Source: Vicugna vicugna
Taxonomy: Eukaryota
NCBI GenBank assembly: GCA_013265495.1
Contig: MU058009.1
Coordinates: 2,048,001 to 2,112,000 of the forward strand
Direction: 5' to 3'
DNA: 64,000 nucleotides
In this document: positions 13,083 to 25,699 of the stretch, piece after piece
Layout of the letters: each line of letters starts with the position of its first letter
Position numbering within the stretch: position 1 is the first letter of the stretch
Program-made: the position numbers and the translations under genes
Notes under the pieces: model-generated
Databases searched by the model: none
What the model was told of the DNA's origin: nothing
Seen by the model: the letters and a program-made list of their open reading frames with translations, nothing else

Positions 13083-13907
13083 CTGCAGCACAGAAAATGT
13101 ACTATGAGATGGTTAAAGGCGTGGGACTTGCAAGTTTCTTTGTGTATCTATGTAAGATAATTCAATTTGATTTACAAAACCATATAACAAAAAAATCTTA
13201 AAAAAAACAGCACCTATTGAATATTTACTGTATTTCAGTCGTTGCACTGTACATATAATATATATAATTTAATCTTCATAACTCTGAAAGATATTTATTA
13301 TCATCATCACGACTTAAAGATGAAGATGCTAAAGCTAAAGAGGTTATGTAAATCACAAGAGACTAAGTAATGTGTCCCAGACCACACTATCGATAGCGGA
13401 AGAACCAGCGCAAGTTGGCTCTTCCTTCTGTGCACTCTTTGTTGCAGGCCCAGTTTCCACTGCGAGGAGAGAGCACTATGGCCGTGCACATGGCAACTGA
13501 AGGAGAAAAAGGTAGCTGAATACTCTGTCGCTCAAGACTCACTGACCCTTTACAACACTGTCTCTTGTTCATAAATAACTGAAAAATATTTTCAATAACT
13601 AAGCCAATTAGAAGAAAAGATACATATACACACCTTGTTAAATGTATATATTAATATATCAAACACCAAAATAATAGGTGTCATTGTGATTCATAAAATA
13701 ATATTAAAATTATCTTCCTGGATTATCAAAGACAGATTAGAGATGAAAAATATTTTATGTATCACATATCGATCTTCCAGAAGATGAGAGCAAGATCCAT
13801 TTATTCGATTCCTAAAACTCAACAGCTATCGAAATTAAATCAATATTAAACTTCTTAAGTAGACAATTTAAAAATTAATTTTAATAAAAGGTGAACTAGA
13901 TTAATAC

Positions 13908-14000
13908 CTCCATCCAGGTAAGGGCAGGCCCACAATTGATCTTGTTGCCAGCAATAGCTGAAAGGCGGGACAGGTAAGCCATAAGCATCTGAGTGACCGA
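13908..14000 (-). CDS. ARHGAP32: ARHGAP32 coding exon, 93 nt, PX domain C-terminal part: SVTQMLMAYLSRLSAIAGNKINCGPALTWME
   Basis: Manual translation. Acceptor tctttctctttag|TCG, donor GAG|gtatta. Phase 0-0. Confidence 0.96.
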
Positions 14001-16005
14001 CTAAAGAGAAAGAGAAGATTCAGTGGGAACAGAATGGAGATCCTACGTTCTCTGTCAGAGAAACTCATATGAACTGGTTGTCTCTGGGGCAAAAGAAAAC
14101 CTGCAGATGTTTAGGGCATTTTAATAGTTACAGAGGTGTCTTCACAGAGGCTTCACAGCTCCATGAACTGAAACTATGGGCACTCACATAATTTCCAGTC
14201 TGGTGCAGAGCTTTACCTCTCAGCCCCTCATCATCAGGGGTCATACTGTTTTACAGCTTCTAATTTAACTGCCTTGTCTTTCTATTTTTGCATTGAAAAT
14301 GTAAAGTGATAGCACAGACACACTTGGCTTTCCTACCCAGCTTCCCCCTGCTACTCGCTATCCTAAAACTCTTTCTCCAAGAAAGACGCCTGCTGCAATC
14401 TTCCACACACTGCCCCACACACAGTCCTGCACCACACATCAGCTGATGGGTCCAGGAACGGGATGAACATGAGCTGGCTGACAAGAGCTGCTGGAGGAGT
14501 CAGAAATTGTGATACAAAATTCCAGCTCAATCTGGCTGCTACCTTAATAAGAGGTGAGAACCTGGCACCTGTTGGGTGTGGTCGTGTTCTGAAGACAGTC
14601 TGAGAACGAAAAATGCACTGGGCAGAGAAGGGAAATGGAGACAGAGAGGCCTGCAGGTTTTCTATGACACAAAGGAACCGTGGTGCTAAGAAATCCCCGA
14701 GACCTTGCCACAGCGTCAGCTCTCGCGTGACTGATGTCTCCACTTCGCCCTACCTAATAACTACCTGGGACTTGGTTACAGATCTGCAGGGGCTTCCCTT
14801 TAGGACTTGGAAGATATTCTGCACTGCTTTCAAGCACCCATGATGGCTACCAAGGAGTGTAATGCCAATGCAATTCTTGTCCTTTTGAGAAGATCTCCTT
14901 TTTGCTCTCTGGAAGCTTTCTGGGTTTCCTCCATGTTTTGGCATTTTGAAATCTTACTACAATGTTTCTAGATGTGTGTCTTTTCAATTGTTATATTTAG
15001 CACTCAGTGGGCCCATTAATCTAAAAAACATGTCTTTTTTAGATTTAGTTACTTCCATCCACTCTCTTCTCCTAGAACTCCCACGAGAGGGGAGCAGGAG
15101 CTTCTGGGTCTGCTCTCCGTGACTCCCAACTGCTCTCTCACAACTCTTTATCCCCTCAGGGCTGTGTTCTTACAAAGCTTGCTCTTCCCAATCACTAACT
15201 CTCTCTTTATCTGTGTCCGTTTTGTAGGTACTCCAGCTATTCAAGTTTGCTATTATTAAAATTAATTTAAATGACCGTGTGTTCATTTCTAAGACCTTTG
15301 ATTATTTTTATAAAAATCTGTTCTTATTCCATGATTGTGACTTCCTCACTTCCCCTCTAAGGATAGAAATCATGCTTCGGAAAGCCCTCTGCTCTTCTCA
15401 GTCACCTTGTATACTCAGTTGTTACACTGAAGACGTCCAGTTTATCTGTCCCTCTGCAGGCTTCCCGCACCAGTGTCTTATGCCGTATTTTCTTGCCCCC
15501 ACAAATTTTATCTCATTTACTTTCAAAGATTCCTCACAATTTTTGATCCTGATGCTTCTTTTTATTTCCTGACATTATGAAGACTCTCTTCCCTTTTAAA
15601 TTAAAAAAAAATTCATGTATTTACTAGAAACGTTTGGCAGGAGTGGAAGTAAGTTCACGGACACAGCCTGCCGTCATAAACTGAGTAAACGGCATCATTG
15701 ATTATTAGTGAGGTCAGCGTTTTCCCATATTTTGCTCCCATCTTTTATATTCTCTTTGAAGAATGATCTGCTCACATGTAACACTCATTTATACATTAAG
15801 ATAGGAGTTTCTTCTTATAAAATTACATGCTGCACCTATTTTAATTCTAAGCATCCTACACAGCATTACTAGTCTTTCAGTTGGGAAATAAGTGATCCGG
15901 AGACTCTCCCGCAGTGTTCAACACAAGCTTTTACTTAGTAGACAGGCAGGAGTTTTCTGCTAATTCGGGAGTAGTGGTTAGTTCTGCAGAGTACTAAATG
16001 CTTAC

Positions 16006-16143
16006 CTCTGGACTGTCCTTCAGGGTATCAGAACGGGGAAGCTCTGAGAGCTGGGAGAATCGTCGGTCATAAATACATAGATGAAGATGTTTATCAAGTA
16101 CCCGAAAATCTTCATAACTTCTTTTAACAATCCAACTTTTGCC
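16006..16143 (-). CDS. ARHGAP32: ARHGAP32 coding exon, 138 nt, PX domain core: GKSWIVKRSYEDFRVLDKHLHLCIYDRRFSQLSELPRSDTLKDSPE
   Basis: Manual translation gives the PX-type WxVxRSYxDF motif. Acceptor ttcttaaccgtag|GGC, donor GAG|gtaagc. Phase 0-0. Confidence 0.97.
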
Positions 16144-17847
16144 CTACGGTTAAGAAACAAGAAGGCTCCTGTAACTTGTCTCTATTAGGAAATGGTTACA
16201 AATCAGGCCTTACTCTATGACGATATTTTATTCGTGAGATTTTATACTTACTAATTGACTTGATAGTAAATAGTTAAATTTCAAAATACTCTAGTGAGTT
16301 ATACTACACTGAACAGTCAGTAATGGAAAATAAGATAGAACTGTCCGCTAAACCTCTTCCCACCGCTGTCAGTCCACTGGCTCTCTCTAGGAATAGTAAC
16401 TGCTGGACGGGAAGACAGCATGTGATCTTAAACCCACAGAGAGAACCAGAAGATAACTCTGGGTGGGAGAACACTGCCAAAAATTAAAGAAAGACAAGGC
16501 CAGGTTATTGATTAGTTACCATAAACATTTTCAGCGACAAACTGGAAATATACTGAAAATTAATACTACGGAAATCCACCAGCCTTTGACACTCGTGTGT
16601 TACCTATAACCCATACTGTCTCCCCGCTTCCCAGGCTTTCTTCCTTTCCTGATCTCACAAGCTCGTTAAAAATGAGGATTAAAAATAAAAAGAGCATATT
16701 TATTACATACTGTCTTCTAATTTTCTCTTGAATGTATCACTTCCTACAGCCCAACCGTTAGTAAGGACTGACATCATTTCTTACCTCCCCAACTTTATCT
16801 TCTCCCCTCCTCACGAAATACAGAGCCTGTCAGGTCACGCTGACAAAAAGCCTTCAAAAGCTCCTACTGCACAATGATGAGCTGAGCCCCTACCCACCAT
16901 TTGGTTTTAAAACTTAATCTAATATTATACAGAGGCTTTCATCTCACAGAAATCTGGAGGGACTGAGAAAAAGTAACCATCTCACAACTGGAGAAAACAT
17001 CTCTATGTAGCTCTTCTCCATCTGCCTCTGCCAGAAGGGGCAGAAGGTACCAATCCATGGGAGAGGTGCTGACATCTAAACACAGGCTGTCAACAACGAA
17101 CAGCCTAAACTTGTCCAACCCCCAACCCTACTCTGAGCTGAAATTCTCCATCACACATGTGGAGAGCACCGCCACCTCCCTCTTTCCAAGGGTCATCAGA
17201 ATGGAAAAGGAGAACAGGAGTGGCAGATGCTTTTAAAGAACAGTCTCCTGGTCCCTGTTGCACGAAATGCTCGTTCAAAAAGTCAGGATTGGAATCCAGT
17301 TAATTCTGATGACCAGGCTGAATTGGGAACCACGGATCCACAAGATTAAGTCCAAACACACTAGCATGTATCAGAGCTTTCATCATCTGGGCCTGTCTAA
17401 ATTGCTGCTTGATCTCACCCACTTCTCCTCCTTTGCTTCCAGTTATGCTCAATTACGTGCACTCCTTCCATTTACAGAATGTTCCCTTTCCTGCCAGCAC
17501 GACTTTCCAGTGCTGCTCTACCACAGAAAGTCGATCTTCTACCCTTTACTCGGGGAAGCTCCTTTACCGTCTCAGCTCTACTGCTGCCTTCTACCCAAAG
17601 TGTTCCTAAATGACAAGAGGGAATTAAATATTTGTTCTTTTGGGACAGCAAAAAAATAAAAAATAAAAATGAACAGCAAGGCAGGGAAAAAAAGAACAAC
17701 AACATTGCACAGTTGCAATTAATTTAAACATTTCAAAAATTATTCAACACTTCAAAGATTAGAAAATTACAAAAATTAATTTAACACATGTATATATCTC
17801 TATCACAGAGATTAAATACATGTTAACTTTTATTTCAAAGCTCTGGA

Positions 17848-19692
17848 TTTTTTTTTTTGAAGTACAGTTGACTTACAATATTGTGTCAGTTTCAGGTGTA
17901 TAGCAGAGTGATTCAGTTATAAAGGTGTATTTCTTCCAGATTTTTTCCATTTATATTTTATTACAAGATGTTGAATATAGCTCCCTGTGCTGTACAGTAA
18001 GTCCTTGTTGCTCACCTATTTTATGTATAACAGTTTCCACTGATCCCATGCTCCTAACTTATCCCTCTCCCCTCCCCTCTCCCCTTTGGTAACGCGAAGT
18101 TTCTTTCCTCTGTGAGTCTGTTTCTGTTTTGTATATGGATTTATCTGTTCTGTTTTTTAGATTCCACATAGAAGTGATGTCACGTAACACTGTCTATGTC
18201 CCATTTACTTCACTTAGTATGATCATCTCTAGGTCTATCCATGTGGCTGCAAATGGTAGTTCTTCATTCCCTTCTATAGCTGAGTGATATTCCATTATAT
18301 ATACATATGTATCTATTTATATACACACACACTGCCCTCTTTTTAAACCAGCAGCTGCTGATGGGCACCAGGGGTTGTTTCCATGTCTTGGCTATTCTAA
18401 TAGTGCTGCTATGAACATTGGGGCGCACATATCTTTTCGAATTAGGGTCTTCATCTTTTCTGGATATATATCCAGGAGCAGGACTGCTAGATCACATGGT
18501 AGGTCTATTTTTAGTTTTTTAAGGAACCGCTATACTGTTTTCCAAAGCAGCTGTACCAATTTACATTCCCACCAACAGTGTAGGAGTGTTCCCTTTTCTC
18601 CACACCCTCCCTGGCATTTATTATTTGTAGACTTTTTAATGATGGCCATTCTGACTGGTATAAAGTGACATCTCACCGTAGATTTGATTTGCATTTCTCT
18701 AATAATTAGTGATACCGAGCACCTTTTCTCCCCGTGCTTGTTGGCTATCTGGATGTCTTCTTTGGAGAAATGCCTATTTAGGTCTTCTGCCCATTTTTTG
18801 ATTGGGTTTTATTTTTTTGGCTATTAAGCTATATGAGCTATTTGTATATTTTGGAAATCAGACCCTTATTGGTCATGTCATTTGCAAATATTTTCTCCTT
18901 TTCTGTAGGTTGCCTTTTCGTTTTGTTTATGGTTTCCTTTGCTGTGCAAAATACTTAGAGACAAATGAAAATGAAAACATGAGGATCCAAATCAAGTCAG
19001 TAAAAGCAGTTTTCAGAGGGAATTTTATAGCAGTATCAGCTTACCTCGGGAAACAAGAAAAACCTCAGATAAACAACCTGACACCTAAAGCAACTAGAGA
19101 AAGAAGAACAAACAAAACCCAAAGTTCTCTTTCTGATAGTCTGCTAGTATATAGAAATGCAACAGATTTTTGTATACTGATTTTGTATCCTGCAACTTTT
19201 TAATTTGTTTACTAGTTCTAACATTTCTTTGTTAGTGTCTTTAGGGTTCTCCCTATATAATATTATGTCATGTGCAAACAAAATATGACAGCTTTACTTC
19301 TTCCCTTCCACTACAAAGTTTAACAGACATGATAAGAGGGGTACTCGTCTTGTTCCTGAACTTAGAGAAAAAGCTTTCAGCTTTTCACCACAGATCATGA
19401 TGTTAGCCGTGGGCTTGTCATACACGGCCCTTACTACACTGAGGTATGTTTCCTCTATACTCACTTTGTTAGCAGCTTTATCATAAACAAATGATGAATT
19501 CTGTGAAATGTCTTTTTGCGTCTGCTGCGATGATCATATTGTCTCACCCACTGCTCTGTTACCGCTGCGCTAATGCACTGACTGGCTGGCAGATGCTGGA
19601 CTATATTTGCCTCCCTGGAGTAAGTCCCACTAGGTCATGGTATGTGACCCTTTTAAAGCTGTGTTGAATTTGGTTTTGCTAAATTTTGTTAG
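17848..19692 (-). mobile_element. Rearranged L1: antisense 3' part (17848-18950), sense ORF2 piece (18951-19126), antisense RT piece (19127-19692)
   Basis: Poly(T), then antisense L1 3'UTR/ORF2 C-terminus. Plus-strand [26 protein letters not shown]. Minus-strand KVAGYKISIQKSVAFLYT. Confidence 0.85.
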
Positions 19693-21338
19693 GCTACTTT
19701 TCTTATTCTTAATTGATCTAAGAGGTATCAGTTTGTTCAAAATTATAACAGCAACAATGTATTTCATAACATATGCTTGTGTATGGTGATGTATAAGTGA
19801 AATGAATGACAGCAATCAAACAAAAGTCATTTCTGATGGTCGAATTTCAAGCATCAGAGTATAGGAGATACTTTGAGGCAGAAAGCATTCACCTAAAACC
19901 AACTGTTTACCCCACTGAACGGGACATAAAGGAGCCTTTGTATTACCATAAATATCTAGGAAAAATTTGATTTTCAGAAAAAGTAAACTATTATACATTC
20001 ATGAATTCTGGTTAATATACAAAGGTAATTCAACTACAATTCAACTTCAATAAGAACCATTCATTTCAACTACTCTAAAGCTTACTTTTATGGGATAATA
20101 AAATACGAGGTATTCTATTAAGCAACAGTTACTCTTACACTTAACAAAAGTATAAAGATCAGAAGGGAATTTTCATTAGGGCACGTGTTAGAATAAATTT
20201 TTGCAACACTTAGGTTTACATTGGTCATTTTCAAATGAATGCTTAAAAGCTGACATTTGCTTATTTGCTAATGAATAAAAACAATGGAATACAGAATACT
20301 ATGAAGATTCCCTGCCACTAATGTTACAATTTAAAATGCTTTGTTCTATGTAATGAGGCTCAATGAAGTAAGTATCAGGATTTATCAAATTTTGGTCTTT
20401 TTTAAATTACTGAATTTTCAACAAGGATCAAGAATTTTAGTTAAATAAAAAGAATTTCAAGTGCACATTATTAAAAATTAGAAATTCGCAAAAGTAGCTT
20501 CTATAATGGATAGATTACAGGGTATAAGGGTGATCTTATCTCATCTGAAGATTAAGCAATCTCTGAAATCTGTTCTGGACTGAGAAATCCAAGGAGATTT
20601 AAGAAAAGCTGGAAACAGGAAACCGAAGTCCTCAGTGTCTCCTGCTAAGATTTCATGTGACTTAGGAAAGCAAGTTCCGTAATTTAGGCCTCAGTTTCTT
20701 TATCTGCAAAATTAGAGGGTTTGATTGTGAGTCTCTCTTAGTTGTAAAAAATATATATGATTCAAGTTTAATATGGTTTATGGCTGACGTATATGGCAAG
20801 GATACAGAAGGCCAGCCATGAAAACACATCCGTCACTTGTGGTGCTGAGGCAGAGAGAAACACGACGGCATCATCACAGAGCAGCAAATTACTGTCCTGA
20901 TGTAATAAATAACATGACAAGAAGTCCAAAATTCTTTAAGCAGTTTGACAAGATATTTACAACCAGGAAATAATCTAACTACCTAGGTCACTAATTCATG
21001 GAGGCGTAACATAAATAAAAATTATACATTCTAACGTATGGTACCAAAATACCATGCTTATCTTTTGAAAGTCGTTTTTAAAAAACAGCGCAGGTATTTC
21101 AGACATTGTGTTTTGCTTATGAGAATCGAAGTATCTGCATTGTCAGAATACATGAATGTTTTACATTCACCTGTTCAACATAACAGCAGTTGACATTTTT
21201 CACTTAAAAATTAACTCACTAAACAGAAGTATTTCATGAAATATGACATGACACAGCGATTCAGAGCTGCCCACTTCCTCAAAGGAACCAAGGTGACATA
21301 CAATAAAACATGTGTAAACAGTACGGAACTTTTGACAT

Positions 21339-21407
21339 CATATACATATGTGTGTACGTGTATATATATGTGTGTGTGTGCATATATATATGTGTATATA
21401 TATATAT
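21339..21407. repeat. (TA)n/(TG)n compound microsatellite
   Basis: Directly visible. Confidence 0.9.
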
Positions 21408-22270
21408 TTGCAAGCTAAGTTCAATTTTCAATCTCATATCCTCTCACCTATAAATAAAAGCACTTAATTCTGAAAGGTTTTCCTTAAGGGTCTAAGAATT
21501 TAAGTATTTCCCATGTGAAATAGGCATTAGACTGTTCCAGATTATTTAATTTTTAACTTCAGGTACATGAATAATTATTTTGGCAAAAACAAAACAAAAC
21601 AAAACACAAATGTCCCTATCTTACTCTCTCCCCAAAAAAATTGGACAGTTTGTACATAAGAAAGCTTTCCTCGAAAACACTTGCTTTACAATGACTAATT
21701 TAAAAAAAAAGCAAAAAGACTCAATGAACAAAGAACATATTAAGGAACTAACTGCTTACTTGCTGGAGGAAATAATCAATGCTACAAATGACATATTTTA
21801 AATCTCATTAAGAGCCAGTCATGGTAATTAACCCTCAAAAAAGCTCTGACACTAAGAGAGAGGAAACAGCACACTCCCGCAGCACACACGTCCTACTGGT
21901 CTCCACGGGCAGAGCCTGCGGTCGTGGTCAGAAAAGTGAGCACCGGAGGCAGAGACTGCTGAGTGTGCTCTTTTATTGCAATACGTGGCCAAGAGCTGAC
22001 GCCCTTAATCTCATCATCAAGAAGTGATATATTTCCTTTACTCTTACAAGAACTTTCATTAAAGTTTGTAAATTAAATACCTATTAAACTGATTCTATTA
22101 AATTGACTCTTTCAACTCTGAGTACACACAGAAATGCCAATGTGACTGGGAGAAAGAATAAAATAAAACATCTGTCTTACCAAAGCCAATGTTATTTGTT
22201 TATATTTGTTCATTCACATTTAATTCGCATTAAAGTTTATGGCAAACGGAGAGCACAGCTACGCAATTAC

Positions 22271-22357
22271 CTGACAAGCAATGTGCACGAGGTAGACCAG
22301 CTCTTTAGATTCACAGCCGTTTTTTGTTACTTCATTTTGTTCTTCTGAAAGTGAAAG
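22271..22357 (-). CDS. ARHGAP32: ARHGAP32 coding exon, 87 nt, PX domain: LSLSEEQNEVTKNGCESKELVYLVHIACQ
   Basis: Manual translation. Acceptor cttttttgatgcag|CTT, donor CAG|gtaatt. Phase 0-0. Confidence 0.95.
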
Positions 22358-22687
22358 CTGCATCAAAAAAGAAAGGGCAGAAGAGAGGGAGAACAGTCAA
22401 TGACAGACAAACAAGAACACAAGAAGCATTCAGTCACACCTGGGTCTCACGTCAACCTAACAGGACACACCTTACACACGACACTGCTTCGGGCAGATAC
22501 AATGCATTATTCAGGATTTTAAACAAATTCATGTTTTTAAAAATTGTAGCTTACATCTAAGCTAACACAACTGCATGATAGTAGTAAATAAAACAATATA
22601 TTCATTCAAAAACAGGCCTTCACTTCCTCAGCTTCCATCACCTGTGTAAACTGGGATCGGGTGGTTTAAAGGAGCGCGGGCTTTGTC

Positions 22688-23120
22688 GCAGGGACTGCAA
22701 GCTGGCCGCCCAGGACACAGGCTGGGCCTGCAGACAGAAGCACCGGGCAGGTCCACACACTGGGTTTTATTTTAGTTTTACTTGAATCAGCAGCAAAAGT
22801 TTAGAAACCAAGTGTTTTCACGTGAAAAACACAGATTTCTAGTTTCTACTGAAAAAATCTGAAGATCTGAAACATTGGACCCGTATTCTCACACTGGCAA
22901 CAACTGGCTGGGCTGAGAAGGGGCGGATCCCGTGAAGGAGGCGTTTCTCTCCAAGAGTCTCCGTCACAGAAGTGGTTACTCTTCATTTTTTAGTATCTAC
23001 GTTGAATGTTAACTGTCATTCCTCGTGCTACCTGCTTTGTTATTTTTTTGCACCCTACTCACTGCACTCATTTATTTACACACCTGTCCCCTCTGGGGAC
23101 GTGAATCTGTAAACTGTGCT
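22688..23120. mobile_element. hAT-Charlie relic (MER102-like)
   Basis: cagatttctagtttctactgaaaaaatctgaagatctgaaacattgg-type internal motif. Confidence 0.45.
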
Positions 23121-23139
23121 CCAGACATAGACAACCCTG

Positions 23140-23320
23140 AGCTCAAAAGTGTCACTAACTGATTATGCAACACTGAACTGCCTATTTAGTCTCTCGTCTG
23201 GAAAATGAGGATGATATAATACTATCTATTCTCAAGTTTGGAATGAGATAATACACTTATAAAGTATTCACCAAGGTGCCTGGCACTCAGTAAGTACCCA
23301 ATAGATGTTACCTATCATTA
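23140..23320 (+). mobile_element. MIR SINE
   Basis: ctcgtctggaaaatgaggatgat, gtgcctggcactcagtaagtacccaata. Confidence 0.6.
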
Positions 23321-24719
23321 CAGTTAATATTATAAGAAATATAAAGAATATATTCTCTATCTTTGAAAGAAGTATCACTGGAAGCATTTCATAAAAAAAA
23401 AAAATTCCTGGTATTAAACAGAAGTTTAGAGGCTCATGATCATTCTCACACAAGCCAAACAAGCCAGATTAACCACAAAATGAGTTTTTTAAAAAATCAA
23501 AGAATTAAGAATGAAAAGAAACCCACCTGAACTAAGCTGCAAAAAAATGACAAGGCTTTCCTGAGACAGAGGAGATTCGTACGGATGTGCTCAGATGCCA
23601 GGCAAAGATGCAGAAGGATAGAGTCTGCCCTAGACAGGCTAAGGAGAAACCAGCCGAACTCCGAAGGCCTGCACGTGGACCGGAGTGATTAGCTAAAATT
23701 CCAAGAAGGACCTGGTAGCAGACAGTCAACACCCACCCAGCAACTGACTCCCACTGGTCTCCACCAGGTGTACAGGGCCAGTGCTCGAGGGCCGGGGAGG
23801 AGCAGGAGAACTGAGCCGGGAAGTGCGTGGAGTCTCCCCAAGCAAAGCAGCTAAGCCCAGGAGATGGGAGCAAGGCAAGAGAGCTGAGAGAGAGAGCCCC
23901 TGAGGCTCTCAGGACATTTAACAACTGAAGGTTTGAGGTGCCACAGAAAAGCTGAGGGAAACCTCACTGAGGCGTCATAAGAGCATGAGGCACACTACAC
24001 ACGAGGATCTGGGCCAGGGCAGATGGAGGAGAGCACTCTGCTGGCACAGAAACCTGGGGAGCAAAGAGAGCTAGCAACCAGGCGGGGTGCTCACCCTCGG
24101 CCCAGAGAACTGCTGGCTTAGCAGTAAAGCACAAAGAGATCTGTCCAATTTTCAATTTTCTCTCCTGAAAAGAACCTCCTGAGTTTACACTCAAAATATT
24201 TAAAAGTAACGATAAATTAAAGCAAAGTAAAGCTGCCAGAGGCCAACTCTGTATTAGCCACAGTGGATTAAAAAGAGTCCAGTGGTCAGGGGCCAGCCTC
24301 AGGAGGCCCACCGCTGTCTCACTTCACAGGGAACTCTGGGGGGACGGGCAGGAGTAGACCGCCTGGGGTCACCAGGTGGCAAAGGAGGAGGACAGAGCAC
24401 CGAGTGACCAGCCAGCGGATGTTGAAAGTGCCACCGCGTCCCTAATGGCAATCTCACCCAACCACAGAGCCAAAATGGCAGCCGCGTAAGGTCAAGGGAC
24501 ACAGTCTTCAGTTCACCCAGCTGGAGTCTACAGCCAACAGACCAAGCTACCACAAAGTGCAGTCAGCGACCCTCCCCGACTGCAAAGCCAGACCCCACCT
24601 AGAGGCACAGGATGCCTCTGGCCTCACGCAGGCAGAGCCCGGCCTGCGGCCCCGCTTCAACACTAACTCCAGCCAGTGGCACCGACTGATCGGGGGTAGA
24701 GCCTGTGGCCACAACTGAC

Positions 24720-25625
24720 CAGAGGTAACCGACACATGAACAAAACAGAAGTTTAACAAAGAAACAGACACCATTAAAGAAAAAAAGAAATGATAGAGAT
24801 AAAGAATACAACTGCTGCACTGAAAATTCAATCAATAGCTTCAATAACGGACTCAATCAAGTAAAAGAAAGACGCACTGAACTCAAAGACAGGCCATTCA
24901 CAATGGCGGGGGGATAAAGGGAGGGAGGGAAGGAAGGAGGGAAAAAGACTGAAGAAAGATTACAGAACGTATGGGATACCAGTCAATGAGACAGCTCATG
25001 CATTACTGGCATCCCAGAAGAAGAGGGGGAAAAGGGGGAAGACAGTCTATTTAAAGAAATAACATTTTCACCATTTGTTGAAAACAGTGTCCTTTCCGCC
25101 ACTGAACGGATGTGGCAATCTCACTGCAAACCCAGCGGCCATAAATGTGAGGCTTATTTTGGGGCCTTTTATTTTATGCCTTCGGTCTGTATGTCTGTCT
25201 TTATGTCAGTACCACTTGGTTTTGCTTACTTTAGCAATGTAGTAAATTTTGAAATTAGGAAGTGTGAGTTATTCAACTCTTGTTATTCTTCTTAGAGTCC
25301 TTTGAATTCGTATGTGTGATTCCATTTACATGAAATGTCCAGAATAGGCAAATCTTTAGAAATAAAAAGTAGATTAGTGGTTACCAGAGCTGTGGGGTTT
25401 GGCAGGGGGTGGGGGTGAGGCAGGGAGGGGGCGCAGATTCGGAAGGGAAAGGAAATGACTGACAGTGGGTACAGGGTTTCTGTCTGGAGTGATGAAAATA
25501 TTCTAAAACTAGACTTTGCTGATGGGTGCACTAGGTTGTGAATATACTAAAAAAATAGTGAACTGTACACTTTAAATCAGTAAATTATATGGTATATGAA
25601 TTATAGCTCAATAAGTCTGTTTTTA
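24720..25625. mobile_element. Composite L1 relics: sense ORF1 (~24720-25062), antisense ORF2 3' (~25063-25292), sense L1MB-like 3'UTR (~25310-25625)
   Basis: Recognisable L1 motifs: ORF1 coiled-coil-coding A-rich tract, caccatttgttgaaaa, tgattccatttacatgaaatgtccagaataggcaaatc. Confidence 0.65.
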
Positions 25626-25699
25626 AAGTGAATTTTTAAATGTGGAAGTGAATAGCACTTCAATAATCAACAGAATCTAATTTTTAATGAAGTTTTTAA

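Noticed and set aside
18802..19203. 133-aa ORF as a new gene
   Set aside because: It is a chimera running across L1 inversion junctions; the central part is an L1 ORF2 relic.
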